Source: an uncultured bacterium (lineage in GTDB: Bacteria > Poribacteria > WGA-4E > WGA-3G). From it: a DNA stretch of 64,000 bases. Position 1 is the stretch's first letter. Each line of letters opens with the position of its first letter. The stretch covers positions 123-64,122 of the forward strand of contig CAZGAW010000009.1 of NCBI GenBank assembly GCA_964523645.1, given 5' to 3'. Below the pieces are notes generated by a model. It saw only the letters and a list, made by a program, of their open reading frames with translations. It searched no databases and was not told the DNA's origin. The position numbers and the translations under genes were made by a program. Positions 25,616-34,646 of the stretch are shown piece by piece.

Positions 25616-27552
25616 ATTTAAAAATGCCAAAACCTCACGATTCCTTTACATCTGGAATTACCGTTCGATCCCTCCTCATTGGGACACTCCTCGTTATCGG
25701 GAATGCCTACTGGCTCGCCTATGCGGCTGAGATGATTCAGCCGCAATTTCTTCTTAACTTCGTTTCGCTCTTTTTTAATGCAGTTTTTACCCTCTTTGCC
25801 GTTATCGGTTTCAACCTCGCTTGGAAAAAACTCTCACCCCGTACCGCGCTGACCGCACAGGAACTCCTTGTTATCTATATCATGGTCGTCATGGTCTCCA
25901 CCATCGGCGGTCACTCCATGATGACGTTCCTGATCGGTACGCTGGCACACCCCTTTCGGTTCGCCACCATCGAAAATGAATGGGCATCCCTCTTCTGGCG
26001 TTACATTCCGACGTGGTTTGTACCCGAGGACTATGCCTTGGACGCTTACTTTAAGGGCGGCTTGAGCTTCTACCTCCCAAAACATTTACGGGGCTGGATG
26101 GTGCCGATTCTTGTCTGGACAGGGTTTGTCGCGCTCCTCTGGTTTACACTGATATGTCTCAATAGCATCATCCGCGTTCAGTGGACGGAACGTGAAAAGT
26201 TGGCATATCCGATCATCCAACTCCCGCTGCAGATGGCGCAAGGACGGAAAAGTTTTTACAGAAACGGCACAATGTGGGTAGGCTTTTCGGTGGCTGCGGG
26301 GATTGAAACGCTCGCAGGTTTGAGCCATCTATTCCCGCAAGTCCCGGCTATCCAGCTGAGTTCCTATTCTATTACGCATCTGTTCACGGACAAGCCGTGG
26401 AACGCCGTCGGATGGGTACCTTTATCTATCTACCCATTTATTATAGGCCTCACATTTTTTGTCCCGTTGGACATCTCGATGTCTGCGTGGTTCTTCTATA
26501 TCTTTGGTAAAGCGGAACGGGTGGTTCGTACGGGGATGTTAGGTGAAGGTGAACTCTATTTTGCGGAACGTGCTGGCGGCGCATGGCTCGCTGTCGGTAT
26601 CTTGGCGTTGTGGGGCACCCGAAGACATCTTCGTGACGTTATCCTGAATTGCTTGAGGACCCAAAAAGCCTATGATGATTCAAATGAACCGATGCCTTAC
26701 CGTGTTGCAGTCGCCGGACTCATCCTCGGGAGTATCGGACTTACCCTATTCTCGATACAAGCAGGGATGACCTTGGGCGGTGTACTCGGCTTTATTGTCA
26801 TTTTCACCTTAATGGCACTCGGCGTTACACGCGTGCGTGCCGAATTCGGTCCACCCTCACACGAAATCCTCGCCCTCGACCCGGCACGGTTGATGGTCGT
26901 CACTTTCGGCGCACGCTTCGTCGGGACCGGGAATCTCACAATCATCTCCTTCTATTACTGGCTCAATCGACTCAATGTTTCGCATCCGATGCCGAACCAA
27001 TTGGAAGGCTTCAAACTCGCAGAACGGGCAGGCATAAATAGCCGTAGACTCGTCTGGGTGATGATGTTCGCAATTGTCATCGGTACCCTTGCCTCATTTT
27101 GGGCGTTCCTCTATCTCCTTTATGAAACAGGTGCCTTCGCCGTACACGGATACATCCTCGGTATCGGTGAGGAGGTTTTCGGTAGACGTTTAGAACGGTG
27201 GCTTAACAATCCCACCGGCCCGAATTGGGACGGCACACAATCCATGGGGATCGGTGCAGGAATGACATGGATCCTCTACTTCCTGCGGCATAAATTTATC
27301 TGGTGGCCCTTCCATCCGATCGGATACGTGATGACGGCTGCAACCTGGGGCGGTCTCGCCGATTTCTGGTTCTCTGTTTATATCGGCTGGATGATAAAGG
27401 TGATTATCGTCTCAGTCTTCGGTCTACGCGCACACCAACGCGCAATTCCATTCTTCTTAGGCTTGGTGATGGGCGATTATGTGTTCGTAGGGGGCTGGGC
27501 ACTCATCGGCACGCTGTTCGATATGCCAACATACGTACTCTGGTCGCCTTAG
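25597..27552 (+). CDS. Large polytopic membrane protein of unknown function (about 14 predicted hydrophobic segments)
   Basis: 651-aa ORF, very hydrophobic throughout. The start is uncertain (25597 or 25624) because a heptad array overlaps the first ATG. I loosely recall DUF6785/DUF6784-type proteins, but this is unverified. Confidence 0.6.
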   Translation: MPKADRHLKMPKPHDSFTSGITVRSLLIGTLLVIGNAYWLAYAAEMIQPQFLLNFVSLFFNAVFTLFAVIGFNLAWKKLSPRTALTAQELLVIYIMVVMVSTIGGHSMMTFLIGTLAHPFRFATIENEWASLFWRYIPTWFVPEDYALDAYFKGGLSFYLPKHLRGWMVPILVWTGFVALLWFTLICLNSIIRVQWTEREKLAYPIIQLPLQMAQGRKSFYRNGTMWVGFSVAAGIETLAGLSHLFPQVPAIQLSSYSITHLFTDKPWNAVGWVPLSIYPFIIGLTFFVPLDISMSAWFFYIFGKAERVVRTGMLGEGELYFAERAGGAWLAVGILALWGTRRHLRDVILNCLRTQKAYDDSNEPMPYRVAVAGLILGSIGLTLFSIQAGMTLGGVLGFIVIFTLMALGVTRVRAEFGPPSHEILALDPARLMVVTFGARFVGTGNLTIISFYYWLNRLNVSHPMPNQLEGFKLAERAGINSRRLVWVMMFAIVIGTLASFWAFLYLLYETGAFAVHGYILGIGEEVFGRRLERWLNNPTGPNWDGTQSMGIGAGMTWILYFLRHKFIWWPFHPIGYVMTAATWGGLADFWFSVYIGWMIKVIIVSVFGLRAHQRAIPFFLGLVMGDYVFVGGWALIGTLFDMPTYVLWSP

Positions 27553-27568
27553 CCATCAGCATTTCTTT

Positions 27569-27594
27569 TTGTAGCATAACCTGTTAGGTTGTGC
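27569..27594. repeat. Hairpin related to the MITE core hairpin (TTGTAGCATAACCT-gtt-AGGTTGTGC)
   Basis: It has the same TTGTAGCA lead-in and 9-bp stem architecture as GCACAAACT/AGTTTGTGC. The stem bases differ in a pairing-preserving way. Confidence 0.4.
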
Positions 27595-27609
27595 ATCTTC
27601 GTTGGATAA

Positions 27610-30600
27610 TTATAGGGTGGGTAATCCGGCAACGATCTCCACCGTCTTTAGACTGATATTAATGACACGCCCAATTAAATCTACAATATACTGCGGTTGG
27701 TCGACACGATTCGGATCGTTTTTAATGCCGCTCCGCCTATCCACCTTCACACGATACTGATCCACCACCCACTCCAATGCCGAACGCGTGCCTAACCGAT
27801 ACGCAAACACTTCGGCAGGAATACCGTCCAATATAAGGTAGTCGTTGTAGCGGATCTGTGTTTTGTCTTTAGAGAATTTCATCCGTTCCACACGCCAATC
27901 CACCTGCATATTCGGCGTTTCCTGAAGCACCAGTTTTTCATACTTCGGATAGGATTCATAGTTGAGATGGAGGTCCGCCAACTGCGCACCCGCTTCAGTA
28001 AATCCCCAGAAGTCTTCGGCAAAGGGGATATGGGGTAGATCTCGCTTGAGGTTCATCTCATATTTTTCGCGATAGGCGGGATGGTGCAGGAGACCGTAGG
28101 TATAGTGAAAGATGTCCCACTTGGTGAGGGTCTCGTCGCCGTAGTGGGTTCGGAATTCCGCCAATGCCCAATCGGTGATGTTTTCCTGTCGGTTTGTGCC
28201 GTCCTCATCGTAGGTGTAGAGGGGGAAGCATTGAAAACTGTCACTTGATGCGAGTGTATGAAGATCAGGAATTAGGTTCGTCATCAGGGTATTAAAACCT
28301 GAGCGGAAGCCATGATCACTGACGATTATCACCCGATTTTCTGCTTCGGTCCCTGGTGTGGGAAAAAATCGATGTTGTTGATAACGCTCCTCATTCCAAA
28401 AATTATCAAAGTAGAGATATTTTTGACAGAAGGGCCGATACAACGCCGTGCGGAAGTGGGTATCTTCATAGGTACTTAACTCCAGTTTTTTCAGTGATGC
28501 CTTAACTTGACGACTCCACTTGATCCGCGGGTCGTTTGTATCAATGAAATCCTCAACAGGAGTTTTAAGGTTGTGTCTTCTCTTTCTGTCAACAGCGGTA
28601 TTGTATATTTCAATAAAGGTGCGAACCCGTTCTTGTAGCAGAACGAGATCAAAGCCGTATGCTAAATTATCTCTGCTGGTAACAACGCCGTAAGAGTAGA
28701 GGCTAAAAATCGTTTCTCCATTTTCATTTTTCGTACTTTTTGATGCCTTATTTCCCATCGAAATAAAGGTTTCAAATTCGGGATTAAGCCCTTCGGTCAA
28801 CCACGTATGTCGGCTATCCGGTTGAATGGATTTCCACTCAATACTGTCAATGTGTTGGCACGCATTCAGAAAGTCAAATTTCTGTTGTCTGTTCCACAAC
28901 TCATCGGTACGATAGTAAAATATCTGGGATTTCTTTAATGATTTTTCCGGTTTCTTTTTTACAAACAAGTTGATGCTCACACCAACCCGAATCCCGAACA
29001 CATTTGCATCCGAGACCTTCAACCCCTTCCTTGCGTTTCCACCTAAATCCAGAGTATAGATTGAGTCGAAATCAGCTGCAAGGTGTTTCCGCATCCCGTC
29101 AAATGCGACACTATCAACAAAACTGTTGTTTGTTACGAAAGCAATAACTCCTTCTTTGCCAATCCGATCTGCTGCCCACCGTATTGCTTTCACGTATGGG
29201 TCGTAGAGTTTATTTCTAAGGGTTGCTTTGGAGTCTTTTACGTACGTCTCAGCAACCCGTTCATCCATCGTCTCATATTTCCGATTTTTGTTGTTGTCGT
29301 TTTCGTTAATCTGCCCCATGTTGTAAGGTGGATTGCCGATGACGACGAACATATCCGTAGCCTTCTGTTTCTCTACGCGTTCCGTGTTTTCACGTGTGAA
29401 GAGTTCGCCTTGCTGTTGTTCCAGCAGCTCAAACGTATCGGCAAGCACTATTCCCTCAAACGGTAGATACGTCCCTATGCGTTGGAAGAACTCCTGTTCG
29501 ATGTTCAAACTGGCGATGTAGTAGGGCAGGAGCATCACTTCGTTGCAATGGAGTTCGTGACGGTATTTCGCTTCCAATGCGGTGCCTTGGATGTCCTGCA
29601 TCAAACGGACGATAAAGTTGCCCGTCCCGACGAACGGGTCGATGATATGCACCCCCGTATCCGAGAGCGAGCGACCAAACTCGGTTTCTAAGATGTGCGA
29701 CACGCTGTTCACCATGAAATCAACGATCGGTTGCGGTGTGTAGACGATACCGTGTGTATCCGCCACGTCTTCAGAGAATCCCTGAAAAAATTTCTCATAA
29801 AAGGTGTTGAGGAAATGCTGTTTTTGGGAGAAGTCCTTGCAGAGTGCCGCTGCCTGCTCTATAGCAACGTAAAACCGGTCTAAGGGTTCCAGAAACACGT
29901 CCCGACTCACTTCATGCCGCATGAGTATGTAACTGACATTTTCAATCTCGCGGGCGATAATGTTTCGGAGCGTAAAGTCTGATCTATTGAAAACGGTTCG
30001 GAAAATTCGCTCGGTGAGGATATGTTGGATGAGCATCTCTTCAACGGCATCACGTGAGAGTTCCGGGTTAATGGAGGTGCGGCAGATTTCATAAAAATCA
30101 GTGAACGCCGCCTTGAACGCCGGATCGGTTTCGTGGCGTTGATCGATGAGTGTCTTCAACGCGTTCGCGAGGTCAGGTACATATTCTCTGAAATCGGAGA
30201 CAGCCGTTTGCCAATTGTCGAGCGCGGGCGGGACGTAAGAAAATAGATATTGAAGTGCAGCAATCAGGCGTGCCGGCTCGGTGATGTCCACGTCTAAGGC
30301 GTTCTGTCCGTTTTGATATAAAATGGCGCGTTGCGGTGTTTGGAAAAGGATATTGTCGAGTGGGTAACCCGCATCACATTTGTCTTGGACGGCTTTGACG
30401 AGATCATCGTCAATATCTTTCGCTTCCCAGTAGGCGAACGGGAGTCCGTATTCGTCGAGGACCACGCCATCAATCACAATACGGTTTCCTTCTGGACTAC
30501 GCATCGCATATTGGGGAATGAGCGTGGCGTTGAATTGTTTTGCACACGTATCCAGTAAAAAGGCAAAAGGATTGCTGACGGCGCCTTCGTGTGTGGCATT

Positions 30601-30678
30601 GTGCCGGTCATATTGCTGGAGCGTGGCGTAGTAGTCTCGAATCGGTTTGTGGGTGGGCTTTAGGTTCAGCTTCGGCAT
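27610..30678 (-). CDS. Type IIG (single-polypeptide) restriction-modification enzyme: N-terminal PD-ExK nuclease + gamma-class N6-adenine methyltransferase + C-terminal specificity region
   Basis: 1022 aa with D70...E85-A-K87 (IVIDG...YWEAKD), motif I IIDPFVGTGNF, and motif IV GNPPY. The long C-terminal region is of the kind found in Type ISP/IIG enzymes. There is no helicase domain. Confidence 0.7.
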   Translation of the reverse strand: MPKLNLKPTHKPIRDYYATLQQYDRHNATHEGAVSNPFAFLLDTCAKQFNATLIPQYAMRSPEGNRIVIDGVVLDEYGLPFAYWEAKDIDDDLVKAVQDKCDAGYPLDNILFQTPQRAILYQNGQNALDVDITEPARLIAALQYLFSYVPPALDNWQTAVSDFREYVPDLANALKTLIDQRHETDPAFKAAFTDFYEICRTSINPELSRDAVEEMLIQHILTERIFRTVFNRSDFTLRNIIAREIENVSYILMRHEVSRDVFLEPLDRFYVAIEQAAALCKDFSQKQHFLNTFYEKFFQGFSEDVADTHGIVYTPQPIVDFMVNSVSHILETEFGRSLSDTGVHIIDPFVGTGNFIVRLMQDIQGTALEAKYRHELHCNEVMLLPYYIASLNIEQEFFQRIGTYLPFEGIVLADTFELLEQQQGELFTRENTERVEKQKATDMFVVIGNPPYNMGQINENDNNKNRKYETMDERVAETYVKDSKATLRNKLYDPYVKAIRWAADRIGKEGVIAFVTNNSFVDSVAFDGMRKHLAADFDSIYTLDLGGNARKGLKVSDANVFGIRVGVSINLFVKKKPEKSLKKSQIFYYRTDELWNRQQKFDFLNACQHIDSIEWKSIQPDSRHTWLTEGLNPEFETFISMGNKASKSTKNENGETIFSLYSYGVVTSRDNLAYGFDLVLLQERVRTFIEIYNTAVDRKRRHNLKTPVEDFIDTNDPRIKWSRQVKASLKKLELSTYEDTHFRTALYRPFCQKYLYFDNFWNEERYQQHRFFPTPGTEAENRVIIVSDHGFRSGFNTLMTNLIPDLHTLASSDSFQCFPLYTYDEDGTNRQENITDWALAEFRTHYGDETLTKWDIFHYTYGLLHHPAYREKYEMNLKRDLPHIPFAEDFWGFTEAGAQLADLHLNYESYPKYEKLVLQETPNMQVDWRVERMKFSKDKTQIRYNDYLILDGIPAEVFAYRLGTRSALEWVVDQYRVKVDRRSGIKNDPNRVDQPQYIVDLIGRVINISLKTVEIVAGLPTL

Positions 30679-30764
30679 GCAGATATGATAACAGGTTTAG
30701 CGTTAGAAGGCAAACGAAAATTATATCTTGGCCGTGCCCAGAGTCGCGTTTGTAGTCGTGCGAT

Positions 30765-31070
30765 TCATCGCACGTCAGGGACGCGATGTTTGTAACAGCA
30801 CATTTCTTTGCGTGCTTCGGCAATTGCCTGTTCAATATCGTCTTGTGCTTCTTCTTCACTCACACCTAGCACTTTTTCCCATATTCTGTCCAATACCGAA
30901 AAAACTTGCTCTCGCTGTTGAAGCATCTCTTGATACGCGTCAATTGGAACAATCGCGGCGAGGGGTGTGTTGGCACGTTTGACGATCAGCCGATCCCCGT
31001 TTCGGTAAACCCCATCGAGCAATTCACTAAGCTTCTGATGTAACTCCGTTGTTGAAATTTCTTTCCTCAT
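30765..31070 (-). CDS. Phd/YefM family antitoxin (no cognate toxin gene adjacent)
   Basis: 101 aa with the classic Phd N-terminal pattern ISTTELHQKLSELLDGV...GDRLIVKRANTPLAAIVPIDAYQEM. Only 86 bp separate it from the next gene. Confidence 0.65.
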   Translation of the reverse strand: MRKEISTTELHQKLSELLDGVYRNGDRLIVKRANTPLAAIVPIDAYQEMLQQREQVFSVLDRIWEKVLGVSEEEAQDDIEQAIAEARKEMCCYKHRVPDVR

Positions 31071-31170
31071 TGTTTTCTCAGATTCGTGTTTTTAGTGTAC
31101 AAAATGTGAAGCATGATACTAAAGTATACCATAAATCCAGCGAAAAATCAAAGATGCCTGACTCGCCAAT

Positions 31171-31199
31171 TTGACATCTGCCTGAGAATCTGCTATACT
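31171..31199 (+). promoter_or_regulatory. Near-consensus promoter (TTGACA-17-TATACT)
   Basis: Read directly, about 150 nt upstream of the SDR gene at 31347. Confidence 0.45.
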
Positions 31200-31264
31200 C
31201 TGCATAATTCAATAGATACCGCGGATTGTGATAAATCTCACAATTGACGGGTCAGTGTAAAGGA

Positions 31265-31287
31265 GCGAGGTTAGGAAACCTCGCCAG
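31265..31287. repeat. REP-like hairpin (GCGAGGTT-agga-AACCTCGC CAG), inverted orientation
   Basis: Read directly. It is the reverse complement of the CTGGCGAGGTT...AACCTCGC family. Confidence 0.6.
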
Positions 31288-31346
31288 CGGTGCAGTATAG
31301 GACCGTATGTGTAAGCAGTGATGCAGTTCAAAGGAATTATATCTGA

Positions 31347-32183
31347 ATGTACAACTTAAATGGAAAAGTCGCCTTAGTAACAGGCGCGGGCGGCAAAAAC
31401 GGCATCGGTCGTGCGATTGCAACCCGATTGGCGAAAGAGGGTGCCGATGTCGCTGTTAACGATATTACCGAACGACCCTACACCGCTGATCAAGGGAACT
31501 GGCAAGGACTGCCCGATCTCGTCCGTGAAATTGAGGCGATGGGACGACGCGCCATCAGCGTCGTCGCAGATGTTGCGGACGTGGAACAGGTGAAAAATAT
31601 GGTGGACCAGACCGTCGCCCATTTCGGTAAAATCGACATCCTCGTCAACAATGCCGGAACAATGGCTGGCAAAGATCGTGTGCCTGTCGTAGATTTGGCT
31701 GAAGAGGATTGGGACAGAGTACAGCGGGTCAATGTGAAAGGCGTATTCCTCTGTTCACAAGCCGTGGCACGTCATCTCATCGCACAGGGAACCGGCGGCA
31801 AAATTATCAATATGTCTTCTGTTACTGGGAAACGGGGATCGGCGCGCTTCGCTGCATACAGTGCCTCGAAATTCGCTGTGATTGGCTTCACACAATCGCT
31901 GGCATGTGAACTCGCACCCTATCAGGTCAACGTAAACGCTATTTGCCCTGGACTTGTGGAGACAGAACGCTTTGGACACCTTGCCTCTGTGCTAATGCCC
32001 GATAATCTCTCCGCTGACGAACAAATCGCGGAATATGAACGCCGTTCCACAGCAGCCGTCCCCATCGGGCGACTCGCTGACGGCGCAGATGTCGCCAAGA
32101 TGGCTGCGTTCCTCGCTTCAGACGAAGCCGCCTATCTATCAGGGGTCTCCATCACTGTCTCAGGCGGTACAGTGATGGACTAA
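31347..32183 (+). CDS. SDR family oxidoreductase (FabG-like)
   Basis: 278 aa with TGAGGKNGIG, NNAG and YSASK motifs. Confidence 0.75.
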   Translation: MYNLNGKVALVTGAGGKNGIGRAIATRLAKEGADVAVNDITERPYTADQGNWQGLPDLVREIEAMGRRAISVVADVADVEQVKNMVDQTVAHFGKIDILVNNAGTMAGKDRVPVVDLAEEDWDRVQRVNVKGVFLCSQAVARHLIAQGTGGKIINMSSVTGKRGSARFAAYSASKFAVIGFTQSLACELAPYQVNVNAICPGLVETERFGHLASVLMPDNLSADEQIAEYERRSTAAVPIGRLADGADVAKMAAFLASDEAAYLSGVSITVSGGTVMD

Positions 32184-32186
32184 AAA

Positions 32187-33035
32187 TTAACGCAAGATGC
32201 GTTGATCGCTGAGGTCTTTTCCGCCAACAGTCTTGACGATAGATGCACCACGCCATTCCTTAACTTCCAGTTCGTGGAAGGCGTTGACAATGTTGTACTG
32301 TGTCGGTAGGTCTTCCCAACGCGCTTTGTGGAATTCGACCGTCCCCTCGCCGCGCCAATGCTCCTGCACAACCCGATTCGGCGTATGCGATGGCGTTAGT
32401 ACGGCATAGGCAATATCCTCGGTGCCCCATACCCCAGTTCTCGGCATGTATTTATAATGGAGCGTGCCAGTGAGCGGTTGCTCGTCGCTCGACTGCTGCG
32501 CGGAAGCGGAGGGGGTTGGTATGGGAACCTGCTCTGTGGCTCTTACGCGCATATCCATGAACTTGAAACCGAGCCAACTGGCGGTGCAATGCGTTTCACC
32601 GTTAAAAGTAAGTGGATCTGGAAGTGCACAATAGATTTTAGAGAACCCCAATTCCTCGCGTCCCGTCAAAATTGGATCCGTCAGATTTTCCCACAGCACC
32701 GTCAACAGCGAACCGGTTGCTCGGTCCACTTCACCCTCGTAAACCACTGGAAAACTCACGCCGAGCGTATTGTAACCGCGTCCTGCGAGCCACTCAATTT
32801 CTTTCATATAGCCCCCAGACACAGACACAACCGGCTCGCCGTTGAGCGAAAAGCCCGGCGGCAAAAAAGCCTCAAGTTGTTCGCTGTTTGTCAAGAAACT
32901 CACTGAAACTGACGTTGATTTTGGATTATCTTTACACTCAAATTTTCTACCGTCGGGTCCGTATCTCGGTCCCGTTCTGGGGCCAAAATGCGTTGGCATC
33001 CGATACATCGCATTTGGATCGAGTTTGTATCCCAT
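32187..33035 (-). CDS. Acetoacetate decarboxylase (ADC) family protein
   Basis: ORF 32187..33101; the likely start is MGYKLDP at 33035, after GGAGGG. It has MPTHFGP and the GREELGFSK pattern (GRE.xG.PK) of the ADC family. Confidence 0.55.
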   Translation of the reverse strand: MGYKLDPNAMYRMPTHFGPRTGPRYGPDGRKFECKDNPKSTSVSVSFLTNSEQLEAFLPPGFSLNGEPVVSVSGGYMKEIEWLAGRGYNTLGVSFPVVYEGEVDRATGSLLTVLWENLTDPILTGREELGFSKIYCALPDPLTFNGETHCTASWLGFKFMDMRVRATEQVPIPTPSASAQQSSDEQPLTGTLHYKYMPRTGVWGTEDIAYAVLTPSHTPNRVVQEHWRGEGTVEFHKARWEDLPTQYNIVNAFHELEVKEWRGASIVKTVGGKDLSDQRILR

Positions 33036-33326
33036 CTCATTCCCTCCGTGTCTTGGGTAATATGTCCCTATTGTATCAATATAGGGTGGAAAGTCAAGCA
33101 CTAATCAGAACCATTCAATTCTCGCGAAACGCTTTTGTGAAGCACTTTATAAGATTCGATTTATATCCCAACTTCCAAAAATCCTGATTTAGACAATCAA
33201 AAACGCAATTTCCTTATCTCGTAGGCAGATTTGATTGGATTTACTCATCCTCAAATATGGTATAATATATTTTCAAAATGGAAGCAGTAAAGTTATATAC
33301 CTTCCAAAAAATAAGAAAGGACATTC

Positions 33327-34499
33327 ATGAAAGTAAAAATGAAAGCGTGGGTTGCCATCCTTATACTTTTCTGCTGCGGAAGCACTATAGATGTGTTCGC
33401 GAATGGAACGCACGCGCCATCGGAAAAAGAATCCACTAATCAAACAACGTCTACTCGCCCGGATAGCCATGCCCCGCTGGGTGTTATGGCGGATCATGCC
33501 CATGGTGCAGGAGAACTGATGCTCTCCTATCGTTTTATGGGAATGACGATGGATGGGCTCCGAGATGGAACCACTCGCATTTCACCTGAAGAAGCATTGT
33601 ACGACTATGCAATGGTACCAATGACCATGCAGATGCAGATGCACATGTTCGGTGCCATGTTTGCACCACATGACAACGTCACCTTTATGGCAATGACGAG
33701 TTATCGAAGCAATCTCATGAAAATGAAAGGCGCACATACACACACTACCGGCGGACACGACCACCCCGTAGGCGACTACGAGATGGAAAGTGCCGGACTC
33801 GGCGACTTTAGACTCTCAGCACTCATTCCACTTCTCAACACATCAAACGCCGACCTTATCCTCAATGCCGGGGTCTCTATACCGACAGGTGCAATTGACG
33901 TAGAAGGCGCACACGGCGGAAGTGAGTTAACCGTTCTGCCCTATCCAATGCAGTTGGGATCCGGCTCTTTTGAACTGAGACCCGGGGCGACTTTCGCAGC
34001 GATACACGGATCTTGGTCTTACGGTTTACAAGCACGTGCCACAATCCCACTGAATAATAATAGTCGAGACTACAGATTAGCCCCTACCGTCGGTTCAACA
34101 TTTTGGGGTGCGCGTAAACTTAACGACTGGATTAGCATTTCTCTCCGCGGTTCATTTGAAAATTCGGGCAATATAACGGTGTCTGCCGAACACACAGAAA
34201 TGGAAGCCTCCGCAGATGAACACGATCACGGCGCACACGACAGCCACGCCTCACCAGCCGCACCTACACAAACCACCTATATGTCACCGACGATGGATCC
34301 GAATCTCCAGGGGGGCACGCGCGGCAGTTTGGCAGCAGGTGTGAACCTTATTTTTCCTGACAGGCTTGACGGAATTTTGGCAGGGCAACGGCTCGCTGTT
34401 GAATTTCAGATGCCTATCTACCAGAACCTGGATGGACCACAGATGGCGTTAGAATGGACAATCGTTGCAGGTTGGCAATACGCCTTTGGACTGTGGTAA
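33327..34499 (+). CDS. Outer-membrane beta-barrel protein of the MetA/phenol-degradation-like 'transporter' family, His/Met-rich
   Basis: Signal peptide, then HAPLGVMADHAHGAGELMLSYRFMGM. It has the Met-rich MVPMTMQMQMHMFGAM and the His-rich HTEMEASADEHDHGAHDSH. The C-terminal aromatic-rich strand is WQYAFGLW. Confidence 0.5.
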   Translation: MKVKMKAWVAILILFCCGSTIDVFANGTHAPSEKESTNQTTSTRPDSHAPLGVMADHAHGAGELMLSYRFMGMTMDGLRDGTTRISPEEALYDYAMVPMTMQMQMHMFGAMFAPHDNVTFMAMTSYRSNLMKMKGAHTHTTGGHDHPVGDYEMESAGLGDFRLSALIPLLNTSNADLILNAGVSIPTGAIDVEGAHGGSELTVLPYPMQLGSGSFELRPGATFAAIHGSWSYGLQARATIPLNNNSRDYRLAPTVGSTFWGARKLNDWISISLRGSFENSGNITVSAEHTEMEASADEHDHGAHDSHASPAAPTQTTYMSPTMDPNLQGGTRGSLAAGVNLIFPDRLDGILAGQRLAVEFQMPIYQNLDGPQMALEWTIVAGWQYAFGLW

Positions 34500-34511
34500 A
34501 TGACTCAGTTG

Positions 34512-34592
34512 TTACGCAGGTTCCATTACTGGCGAGGTTTAGCAACCTCGTCAGTGATACAATACGGGACATTTCATAGAAAAACTGCGTAA
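34512..34592. mobile_element. Small IR element (81 bp) with TTACGCAG/CTGCGTAA termini enclosing a REP-like hairpin
   Basis: Termini at 34512..34519 and 34585..34592 are perfect complements and share TTACGCAG with MITE copies A and B. The hairpin CTGGCGAGGTT-tagc-AACCTCGtCAG is at 34529..34554. Confidence 0.5.
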
Positions 34593-34646
34593 ATTCTATA
34601 TTTTTTGAACCGAAGCATAAAACTGAAAGGAGCGATTTATTTGTCT

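Noticed and set aside
27610-30678. BREX PglX-type methyltransferase.
   Set aside because: No pglZ, brxC, brxL or other BREX genes are nearby. The protein has its own N-terminal PD-ExK motif, which fits a stand-alone Type IIG enzyme better.
30608-30859. 83-aa ORF overlapping the Phd antitoxin 3' end, as the missing toxin.
   Set aside because: It overlaps both the antitoxin and the Type IIG start in another frame. It has no toxin-family motif and has an odd composition, so it is probably spurious.
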